From positions 1 to 61,893 of the forward strand of contig CANRBE010000001.1 of NCBI GenBank assembly GCA_947628785.1: a stretch of 61,893 nucleotides of DNA, in the 5' to 3' direction. The first letter of the stretch is position 1, and every line of letters begins with the position of its first letter. This DNA comes from an uncultured Bacilli bacterium (GTDB lineage: Bacteria > Bacillota_I > Bacilli_A > RF39 > UBA660). A model generated the notes under the pieces. That model saw only the letters and a list, made by a program, of their open reading frames with translations, had not been told where the DNA came from and made no database searches. This document shows positions 47,581 through 55,835 of this stretch, piece by piece. The translations under genes were made by a program, and so were the position numbers.

Positions 47581-49744
47581 TATAAAGAGTTTTGTTTCTT
47601 TTAATATCTTCATACAGATATTTCACATATTTAGATTTATTATGAATTTTTTCAATTTTTTTCATAAAACTTTCAGCTTTAACATCAATTCCTAATTGAT
47701 AATATTTTTTAGCTAATTCAATTAAAACTACTACTCTTTTATCATTGTCTAAATTTAGTGTTTCAAAAACATCTAAAATATTATTTCCATTCTCTTCTAA
47801 AGCTAAAATTTCATCTAAATTATCTACTTGATATTTTTCTAAATTATCATCTAACGGTTTTTTTAAATAAGTATTTTCTACATTTCTAGTACTTTTTAAT
47901 TTTTCAATTAAGTTAGTATAATCATAACCTGTATTTTCATCTTTACTCAAACTAGTTGCGACTGTTAAATAATTAGCTGAAACTTCATATTTTTCACATT
48001 TTAAATAAGCTAAACCTATTTTAGAATAAACAAGACTTAATTCTTTACCACTTTCTAATACTTTCCTATAATACTTAATACTTTTTTCATATTCTTCATT
48101 ATCAAAAGCTTGTTTTCCTAAATGAAGCATTTCTTTAATATCGATTAGTTCATAATTATAAGGATTAAATTTTAAAATAATTTGATTTTCTATCTCAAAA
48201 ATTTTAAAACCGTTATTTTTTTCTAATAATTTATATATATCATTTTTATTTTGGTTACTAGTAGGATTTATTAAAGAAACTCCATAATCAGTAGCTTCTT
48301 CTAGTTTTTTATCAATTAGTTTTTTTAAATTAGCTTGATAAGAGATTAACTCATATTCTTGCCTACTATCTTCTAAAACTTGTTTCAAACTATTTTTAAA
48401 AATACAATCAAATCCAAGTTTATTAATATTATTAATAATATCTAAATAAAGACTAGCTTCTTCATAATGATTTAAAACTATTTTTTCATAAAAACTTTGA
48501 AGATAATTTGATAAATTAAAAGTAAAAGTTCCATTTTTAATTGAAGATAAAGTATCAATAATTAAAGTGTAATTATTATTTTCTAATAAACTGATTTTCA
48601 ATAAATAATCAACTAAAAATTCATATTCAAGTTTTTCATATTTTTTTAATAATTCTTTTATTTTAACTAAAGCTTCTTTAATATTATCATCTCTTAATTT
48701 ATTGATAATAACTAAAATTTCTTTATCGATATTTTCTTCTAAAGAATCAGTTTTAATTTCATCTTCTTTTATACTATTAATTTCTTTTATAATATCATTT
48801 AAAATAATTTTAAAACATTCCTTATTTTTATCATATATTTTAGCATTATCAAGTAACGATAAAGCATATTCATAATCTCTACTTTCAATAGCTTTAAAAA
48901 ACTGATTAGTAGTAATACCTTGACTTTCTAAAATTTGTTTATTATTTTTTATAGTTAATAAGTCTTTAACTAGTTTTAAAATATAGTATAATGATTTCAA
49001 TAACTGATGTCTTTTTTGGATATTAGAAAGTAAATCAACTACCTTATCATATTCTTTATTTTGAACTAATTTTAAAACTTCCAAGTGAGTTTCTATTTGT
49101 TTCATTTTAGCTTGATAAAGTAATTTATCAAGTAAAACATCTTGTCCGTTTTTTTTATCTTTATTGCTTACATATAACTGATGTTTTTTTAAAGCCAAGT
49201 TAAATTTTTGATTACTAATTAAAAATCTTATTTCATTTAAAATATGATTGTTATCAACATTTTTTACTTTAAAATAATTATAATTTATATTTTTTGATAA
49301 CAATTTAAATTTTTCTGGTACATCAGTTATCATATTAAGTAAAAATAAATATAAATTACAGTCATCTTTAAAATAATTAGTTTCATTTTCAAACATTTTT
49401 TCTAAACATTTGAAAGCTTTATCATAATTTTTTTTATCGATATTTCTAAGAAAAATTTGAAGCAATATTTTAGGATCATCAGGAGCTAGCTCTAAGGTTT
49501 TTTCTAAAAACCATTCAGCTTTATCAAATTGTTTTTTAGAAATTAATTGCATACTAAAAAGATAAAGACCTCTAGTTGTTATTATTTTATAAAATCCATT
49601 ATTAGTTTCTAGTAATATTTTAGTATTAAGCATATAGTTTAATTCACTATCATCAAAACCTAAAGATTTTATATCTTCTAATGATAATTCATCTTGATAA
49701 AATAAACTGTTATAAAGGATGTTTAATTTTTTATCGGAAACCAT
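47561..49744 (-). CDS. large TPR-repeat protein (727 aa)
   Basis: Repeated 34-aa helical-pair patterns (e.g. FDKAEWFLEKTLELAPDDPK, YEKSIKYYRKVLESGKE). Its start lies 1 nt after the stop of the upstream TPR gene. Confidence 0.75.
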   Translation of the reverse strand: MVSDKKLNILYNSLFYQDELSLEDIKSLGFDDSELNYMLNTKILLETNNGFYKIITTRGLYLFSMQLISKKQFDKAEWFLEKTLELAPDDPKILLQIFLRNIDKKNYDKAFKCLEKMFENETNYFKDDCNLYLFLLNMITDVPEKFKLLSKNINYNYFKVKNVDNNHILNEIRFLISNQKFNLALKKHQLYVSNKDKKNGQDVLLDKLLYQAKMKQIETHLEVLKLVQNKEYDKVVDLLSNIQKRHQLLKSLYYILKLVKDLLTIKNNKQILESQGITTNQFFKAIESRDYEYALSLLDNAKIYDKNKECFKIILNDIIKEINSIKEDEIKTDSLEENIDKEILVIINKLRDDNIKEALVKIKELLKKYEKLEYEFLVDYLLKISLLENNNYTLIIDTLSSIKNGTFTFNLSNYLQSFYEKIVLNHYEEASLYLDIINNINKLGFDCIFKNSLKQVLEDSRQEYELISYQANLKKLIDKKLEEATDYGVSLINPTSNQNKNDIYKLLEKNNGFKIFEIENQIILKFNPYNYELIDIKEMLHLGKQAFDNEEYEKSIKYYRKVLESGKELSLVYSKIGLAYLKCEKYEVSANYLTVATSLSKDENTGYDYTNLIEKLKSTRNVENTYLKKPLDDNLEKYQVDNLDEILALEENGNNILDVFETLNLDNDKRVVVLIELAKKYYQLGIDVKAESFMKKIEKIHNKSKYVKYLYEDIKRNKTLYKKRNIR

Positions 49745-49745
49745 T

Positions 49746-50726
49746 TTACCACCTATTTCTTTTTTTGGTTAATTCTTTACTATAAATAATATTTTCTCTA
49801 TCAAATTGATTAGAAAGTGATACTGGATACATTGTCACTATTTTTTTGGTATTAAAAACTGTCATTACACATAAATCACTAGTTACTTTTTCTTCTTTAA
49901 AACCAATTGGATTATCTAATCTAAAACGATACATATCTAAAAGTTCAAAGTGATTTGGGTTCATATTTTCTATTGTTTTATGAGCTATATCTACGATTTT
50001 TTTTAAATCGATATATTTAAAGAAACAACCTTCCGTATCTTTATTTTGTTGATTAATATGATTACTGATATGGCTTAATAGGGTATCATCACTATCATCA
50101 TATAAACGATGAATTAAATAGTTATTTAAAATATCATTTTTATTGTTATTTTTCAAAGTAAAATATTTTAATAAGTATTTTAAGTTATTAAAGGTATTTA
50201 TAACATTACCTCTTAAATCACAATTGCTTAATTTTTGTAATAAATAATAACTTTCATCATATTTTTTTTCGATAATATTTATTAAAATAAGATTAATTAA
50301 AGCAATAGCTTGATATTTTTCCTCATATTTTAAAGTTTCAAACATTTTTCTTCCTATTTCATTATCCCCTGTTTGAATATTTAATCTAGCTAGTTCTAAT
50401 AAAATTTTATTTTGATTTTTATATGTATTCATACATAATTGATAATATTTTTTAGCACTTTCAAAATTACTTTCAATAGTCTCAAGTAGTCCATAAGACA
50501 TGTTTAAAAAATTAGAGTTTTCTTTATAATATTTTTCTAATAATTGTCTAGCCATATCATATTTACTTTCTTGAATATATATTTTGTTTAAATAAAATAT
50601 TGATTTTTCTTGATAATTAGGGTTTTCTAAAGTTTTTTGAAAATAAGGTTTAGCTTCACTAAACTCTTTAGAAATAAATAATTGTTTTGCTTTTAAAAAA
50701 AGTTGTTGATATTCATTGTTTTTCAT
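49746..50726 (-). CDS. TPR-repeat protein (326 aa)
   Basis: TPR-like repeats (FSEAKPYFQKTLENPNY...). The ORF-track TTG at 50783 is rejected in favour of the ATG at 50726 behind an AGGGGTGA SD. Confidence 0.75.
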   Translation of the reverse strand: MKNNEYQQLFLKAKQLFISKEFSEAKPYFQKTLENPNYQEKSIFYLNKIYIQESKYDMARQLLEKYYKENSNFLNMSYGLLETIESNFESAKKYYQLCMNTYKNQNKILLELARLNIQTGDNEIGRKMFETLKYEEKYQAIALINLILINIIEKKYDESYYLLQKLSNCDLRGNVINTFNNLKYLLKYFTLKNNNKNDILNNYLIHRLYDDSDDTLLSHISNHINQQNKDTEGCFFKYIDLKKIVDIAHKTIENMNPNHFELLDMYRFRLDNPIGFKEEKVTSDLCVMTVFNTKKIVTMYPVSLSNQFDRENIIYSKELTKKRNRW

Positions 50727-51045
50727 TTTTTCACCCCTTTTTTTATGAGTTAATATTGTAATCTTTTTTTTAATCAATGTCAATAAAAATTTTTATTAAA
50801 AAAGAATACTTATGTATTCAAACTAATTTAGTTATTTTATTTTTATGGTTTGATTTATACTGATATTTTTTACTTAATAAGGTTTTAAAATTTGTTGAAT
50901 TAAGTCGAACAATTTTTCGTATTTTTTTTGACTTTTTTTTATTATTATATGTTAGTATATCTTACTGAGACGTACTTTACTTTCAAGGGGTTTTTGGTAT
51001 TTTCCCTTTTTATTTTAATTTTAAGATAGAAAGGTGATGATGCTT

Positions 51046-51153
51046 ATGAAAATTTATTTTATAAGCTTTAATAAATATTATAAAACATCAAGATTTAACA
51101 TCTTAGACTTTATTCTATTTATCATCAATGTTTACTTCAAAATAAAAAGATAA
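51046..51153 (+). CDS. 35-aa peptide identical to that of 9295..9402
   Basis: Nucleotide-identical ORF and SD. Confidence 0.5.
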   Translation: MKIYFISFNKYYKTSRFNILDFILFIINVYFKIKR

Positions 51154-51155
51154 AC

Positions 51156-51257
51156 ATGAAAAACGCCGTTTTCCTATGAAAGCGGTGTTTTTCTTTAAAA
51201 ACAACTTTAAAGGGAAATACCACTAGGTATGTCTCTTTTTTATGAAGTTTCCTTCAC
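51156..51257 (-). ncRNA. predicted ~100-nt convergent sRNA, copy B
   Basis: Minus strand: -35 TTGTTA (51292..51287), 17-nt spacer, TATTAT (51269..51264). Hairpin at 51158..51193 plus a T run. Confidence 0.4.
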
Positions 51258-51385
51258 GCTTTAATAATATCATATTTTTTTTGTTTTAACAAGTATTAGA
51301 TTGTTAGAATATATAGAAATGCTTAATTAAACCGCGTTCATGTTACTGAATACCAGTAACATGACTTATTTTTATTTTGCTTCGT

Positions 51386-52576
51386 TTATGATACTTCTAA
51401 TTCATATTCATCTCCTATTGCTCCTGAGCCTGTTCCTAGTTTGACATCACTTTTAAGAACTACGACTGGGCGCACTCCATACGAACTGGCGTTGGCGCCC
51501 CAGCTACTGTTGCTTGGATACCAAGCATACAAGTTGTAAGTGTTGTTAGCAGAGGCCAGCCAGTAGTAGCTACCAATATTTATTAGTTCTGTATTTCCTC
51601 CACAGTATGAACTTGTATTGTTATAACAGTTTCCTCTTTCATTTTTTTCTAAGTAGTCCCATAAACTATAATCTTCATTTCCGTTTTCTTCATAGTTTAT
51701 TATATTTACATCATCACTATCCATGTAATGGACACTTAAGGCATATGTACTATTTCCATATTTTGTCCAGGCTTTTCCTTCTCCTTCATTACTAGCTGAT
51801 GTTGCTCTTACTTTTAGTATTTCTTTACTGGCTATACTTTGTCCTGATACATAATAGTAACATTCTGGGGTTCCTCCATGAATTAATGTAATTTGTCCAT
51901 TACTATCAACATCCATTATTCGCCAACCACTATATTTCGTTGTATATGAGTCATTATAACATGTGATACTCTCATTCTTACTTTTTCCATTGATCGAACT
52001 ACTTGTAACTTCATCATAGATATTGAATGTTCTTGAAGTTTTACCTTTTGTTTCTCTTACTCCATCTCTTGTGGCATTCCAGGTGGCATTATCTGGACTA
52101 TATTTTACATATTTTCCTATATCATTTTTTATAGCCTTTCTTGGTGGCACATATTCTTTTCCTGTCCATACTCCATTTAAATAATTAAATACATATCCAT
52201 TTATTAATAAGCCTGTTATACTCTCTACATCTCCATCTTTTGTAAACTGAACTGTTCCCTTACTTGGTAAACTTCCATCTATTTCTAAATTTAAGACTTT
52301 ATCTCCACAGGTTAATTTATCTTTTAAGGCGCTACAACTTTCTTTTATCGTCTTATTTTTTCCCATCATATGAAACAAATGAGCTTTTTCTGATGCCTCC
52401 TTATATTCCATGGCACTACTTTTAGCTCCTTCATATTTTGCTTTTTCAATTAAATTTAATATAGTTGGTGTTACTATTAAAGCTATTATAGAAAGTATTA
52501 CTATAACCGCTAATAGTTCTATTAAGGTAAATCCTTTTACCTTATCTGTAAATAATACCCCCCCCCATATTGACAT
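51386..52576 (-). CDS. type IV pilin-like protein with large C-terminal lectin-like domain
   Basis: Leader MSIWGGVLFTDKVKG then FTLIELLAVIVILSIIALIV (class III signal, Glu at +5). C-terminal YWLASA...GVRPVVVL motif. The ORF-track TTG at 52642 is rejected. Confidence 0.8.
   Translation of the reverse strand: MSIWGGVLFTDKVKGFTLIELLAVIVILSIIALIVTPTILNLIEKAKYEGAKSSAMEYKEASEKAHLFHMMGKNKTIKESCSALKDKLTCGDKVLNLEIDGSLPSKGTVQFTKDGDVESITGLLINGYVFNYLNGVWTGKEYVPPRKAIKNDIGKYVKYSPDNATWNATRDGVRETKGKTSRTFNIYDEVTSSSINGKSKNESITCYNDSYTTKYSGWRIMDVDSNGQITLIHGGTPECYYYVSGQSIASKEILKVRATSASNEGEGKAWTKYGNSTYALSVHYMDSDDVNIINYEENGNEDYSLWDYLEKNERGNCYNNTSSYCGGNTELINIGSYYWLASANNTYNLYAWYPSNSSWGANASSYGVRPVVVLKSDVKLGTGSGAIGDEYELEVS
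52558..52566 (-). repeat. G9 homopolymer (C9 on plus strand) within the pilin leader codons
   Basis: Encodes the W-G-G of MSIWGG. An identical C9 lies at 43..51 in the edge paralog. Confidence 0.95.
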
Positions 52577-52613
52577 TCTCTTTACACATATTCTTCCTAC
52601 CTTTCTAGTTATT

Positions 52614-52642
52614 ATATTATCATAAATTATTATCCTTAACAA
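52614..52642 (-). promoter_or_regulatory. putative sigma-A promoter of the pilin gene
   Basis: Minus strand: -35 TTGTTA (52642..52637), 17-nt spacer, TGaTAATAT (hexamer 52619..52614). Confidence 0.45.
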
Positions 52643-52643
52643 G

Positions 52644-52673
52644 CAAAAAATAAAAGAACTTAATTTAGTTCTT
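52644..52673 (-). terminator. intrinsic terminator of sigG
   Basis: Minus strand AAGAACT-AAATTA-AGTTCTT followed by TTATTTTTT, 8 nt after the stop. Confidence 0.6.
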
Positions 52674-52680
52674 AAAAAAC

Positions 52681-53454
52681 TTACTTCATCATTTTCTTTA
52701 TCGATTCAAGCCCACTTTTTTCAAGCCGTGATATTTGAGCTTGGCTTATACCTATTTCTTTAGCCAATTCTAATTGAGTTTTCCCAACAAAATATCTTGA
52801 TTTCAAAATATACCTTTCCTTTTCTTTTAAATTTTTTAAAGCTTCTTTCAAAGCTAATCTAGTATCTAAAGAAAAAGGTGAATCCTTGCTTTCTAATTGG
52901 TCAGCTAAATAAATAGTATCTCCCCCATCATTATAAATTGGCTCATACATACTAATAGTATCTTTCATTGCGTCTAAAGCATTAGCTATTTCAAATTCAG
53001 TATAACCTAATTTATCCGCAAGCATTTTAATACTTGGTTCTTTCCCTAAATCATTAGTTAACTGTTCTTTTAATTTAATCGCTTTATAAGCAATATCTTT
53101 AATACTTCTAACTACTCTAATACTACTATTATCCCTTAAATATCTTCTCACTTCACCTACAATCATCGGTACAGCATAAGTTGAAAATTTCACTTCATGG
53201 GAAAGGTCAAAATTATCGATAGCTTTAATCAAACCAATACACCCTACTTGAAATAAATCATCCATATTATCAGTTCGATTATTATACTTTTTCAAAATGG
53301 ACAAAACTAATTTCAAATTGCCATTAATTAATTCTTCCTTAGCTTTAACTAAACCATTTTGATATTGTTTAAACAAAATAGTCATCTCTTCATTAGTTAA
53401 AACTTTAATATTCGCAGTATTCACGCCACAAATATCTACTTTATGACGTGCCAT
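52681..53454 (-). CDS. sigG: sporulation sigma factor SigG
   Basis: ARHKVDICGVNTANIKVLTNEEM, FDLSHEVKFSTYAVPMIVGEVRRYLRDNSSIRV, EPIYNDGGDTIYLADQ and GISQAQISRLEK closely follow Bacillus SigG rather than SigF. Confidence 0.85.
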   Translation of the reverse strand: MARHKVDICGVNTANIKVLTNEEMTILFKQYQNGLVKAKEELINGNLKLVLSILKKYNNRTDNMDDLFQVGCIGLIKAIDNFDLSHEVKFSTYAVPMIVGEVRRYLRDNSSIRVVRSIKDIAYKAIKLKEQLTNDLGKEPSIKMLADKLGYTEFEIANALDAMKDTISMYEPIYNDGGDTIYLADQLESKDSPFSLDTRLALKEALKNLKEKERYILKSRYFVGKTQLELAKEIGISQAQISRLEKSGLESIKKMMK

Positions 53455-53553
53455 AAAATCTCCTTTCTAAATATATAATGGCTTAATCATATTTTTTTAA
53501 ACAAAACATTGTCTTTAATTTCAAATTTAGGTATACTTAAAATAGGTGATAAT

Positions 53554-55821
53554 ATGGAAGTAACCCTTTTAACAACAAATACTGAATACAATATAAAAGA
53601 CAAAATAAGAATATCAAAACAAGACTTAACTAAATTAAATAGTATCAACCCTAGTTTTAATATAACTGACTTACTAAAAAAAGAAACAGACTATTATGAC
53701 ATTAGTACCTTTAATTTTAAAAACTTTTTAGAAGATATCATCTTTAAAACAGATTTAATATATAACTATTCTGGTAATTTAAAATCAAATTCTTTAAAAC
53801 TAAATCAAAACTTTGAAAAAATAAGGAATAAATATTTAAAAATAAGAGGTTCTATTCCTTATAATTCACTTGAAGCTACGGCCAACCGTAACAAATTAAT
53901 AAATAAAATAATCGATAGAAATATTGATACATTAAATCCTTTTTTAAACTTATTAGTCGAATTTAATGAAAACCATAAAAAAATAAACAAATTAAATGAC
54001 TTAATCAAAGCTAAAGATAACATTTTAAAAAACCTAGAAAGAATTTGCCCTAATCAACTTGTCAAAAATATTTCAACCAATTATGAACAAGCTATAAAAG
54101 AATGTAACTTAGAAAAATTAGAACAATTATTATTAGAAAGTCAAACCTTAATAATCAACTATTGGAAAAAATTCATTACACCTGTAGATAACTTTGATAA
54201 AGAAAAACCTTTCTACTTTCTATGTCATAGTATTTGTAATGCCAATTTTAGTGGAGAATTCAACTCTAATTTTGTTTCAAGTTCCCTTATTACTAAAGAC
54301 TTAACTGATACCTTCAACCAAGGATTTGGTTTTATCTTATCACCAAATCATATAGTCTTAGCTTGTAGTCAAGATATGTTCGTGAATAACAATGCTTTAG
54401 ATACTGACTCTTTGAGTAACTCCTCTACTATTCCTGAAATAAATATCCCAGAAATTATAATAGAACAAGCTTTAAAACAAAAAAAAGAATACCAACTTAA
54501 AAATGAAAAAAGAAAAATATACACCGAAATAGTCAGTGATAAATTCCAACCACTTGCGATATTCTGTATGACTGATGGTAGTAAAACCTTAAACTCAAAC
54601 TATCAAAACGCTTTAAAACTTAAAAAAAATTACCCCAATTTAAAAATAGTTGAAATAGATAAAACCTTATACAAAAAAGACTTAAGTCAAGAAAAAGAAA
54701 AGTTGATTTTTAATATAGAATATCATATTAGTGGAAACATTTTAAATGACAAAATAGATTATGATAGATATGATTATTTCTTTAATAAATATCTAGAACT
54801 TAAAAAAACTAATAACTATACGGAAAATGATATTATCGATTTATATAAACAAAATAAAGAAATGTTAAGTATCTTTTTAGACTTTGATAATATTTTTAAA
54901 AACTATGATATAGAAACAATAAAATTTATCCTCCTAAATAACTATAAAACTAATTTAAAAAATATATTTGATGGTACTTTTAGAAGTTTTATTTTAAAAA
55001 ACATTTACGATACCTTAAAAAATAATGATATAAATAAATTAAACGAAGTCTTTCCTGGTTTAGGAAACTTTATCAAAATATTTCCTAAAGTTACTATAAC
55101 TGATGAAATGGTAACTAAAATAAAATCTGATAAAAATATCAACTTTAATTCTATTAACCAAATATTATTACAAAACCTTAAAAGCCAAAAAGAAGAAAAT
55201 CAAAATCAACTAATTTCTTACCAAAAACAAATTATCAAATTAGAAAAAGAAAAACTTGAAATAGAAGATAATATTAAAAAAACTCATCAATGCCAAAAAT
55301 TTATAGACAGTTTTCATCTATATCATTTAGCTTTACAAGACATCCAAGATGAAGAAGAATTTATCCAAACTTGTAAAAATTCTAAAATTATTTTAGAAAC
55401 CAGCTTAAATAAATCAAAAAATGAATTAAACTTAAAAAAAGAAGAAAACAAAAAACTTCAAAAATTTAAAATATTTAATTTAGCAAAAATAAAAATAATA
55501 AATCAAGAAATAACAAAACTAAATAACAAAATAGATAACCTAAAAAAAGAAATAGAAATAAAAAACCAAAATATTGTCACTAGTGAAAATAACATTATAA
55601 CAATTAATAACCAATTTGAAAAAGAAATTGGATGTCATCTTGAAAACTATCAAGATTTATTTTATCAAGCTAATAAATTTCTTAATAACAACTTTGCTTT
55701 TATTTATCAAATAGACTTAGATACGTTAAACCAAAGAATTGATAGTTTAAATAATAAAATTAAAAAGACAAATAAAGAAATAGAAAATATCGAAATAATA
55801 GTTGGTCAAACAAAAAAATGA
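53554..55821 (+). CDS. large hypothetical protein with C-terminal coiled coil
   Basis: Start set at the ATG at 53554 behind an AGGTGA SD. Asn/Lys-rich, with the last ~230 aa in heptad-like repeats. No catalytic motif recognized. Confidence 0.65.
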   Translation: MEVTLLTTNTEYNIKDKIRISKQDLTKLNSINPSFNITDLLKKETDYYDISTFNFKNFLEDIIFKTDLIYNYSGNLKSNSLKLNQNFEKIRNKYLKIRGSIPYNSLEATANRNKLINKIIDRNIDTLNPFLNLLVEFNENHKKINKLNDLIKAKDNILKNLERICPNQLVKNISTNYEQAIKECNLEKLEQLLLESQTLIINYWKKFITPVDNFDKEKPFYFLCHSICNANFSGEFNSNFVSSSLITKDLTDTFNQGFGFILSPNHIVLACSQDMFVNNNALDTDSLSNSSTIPEINIPEIIIEQALKQKKEYQLKNEKRKIYTEIVSDKFQPLAIFCMTDGSKTLNSNYQNALKLKKNYPNLKIVEIDKTLYKKDLSQEKEKLIFNIEYHISGNILNDKIDYDRYDYFFNKYLELKKTNNYTENDIIDLYKQNKEMLSIFLDFDNIFKNYDIETIKFILLNNYKTNLKNIFDGTFRSFILKNIYDTLKNNDINKLNEVFPGLGNFIKIFPKVTITDEMVTKIKSDKNINFNSINQILLQNLKSQKEENQNQLISYQKQIIKLEKEKLEIEDNIKKTHQCQKFIDSFHLYHLALQDIQDEEEFIQTCKNSKIILETSLNKSKNELNLKKEENKKLQKFKIFNLAKIKIINQEITKLNNKIDNLKKEIEIKNQNIVTSENNIITINNQFEKEIGCHLENYQDLFYQANKFLNNNFAFIYQIDLDTLNQRIDSLNNKIKKTNKEIENIEIIVGQTKK

Positions 55822-55835
55822 TGAAAAATAAATCA

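Larger units (their letters stand above)
50798..51310. repeat. copy B of the duplicated intergenic module
   Basis: Collinear with 9036..9560 and carries the same terminator, promoter, SD, ORF, hairpin and convergent promoter elements. Confidence 0.9.

Noticed and set aside
47410-47613. Minus-strand 67-aa ORF
   Set aside because: It runs antisense straight through tRNA-Arg and its terminator, and the tRNA fold is far better supported.
50727-50783. N-terminal extensions in the ORF track (TTG starts at 50783, 52642 and 7208; extended starts at 4034, 38127, 23044, 45893, 46639 and 53509)
   Set aside because: In each case an internal ATG is preceded at 5-9 nt by a clear GGAGG/AGGTGA-type SD, and for rpsO and the pilin it gives the expected protein N-terminus. 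The extensions lack SDs or overlap upstream elements.
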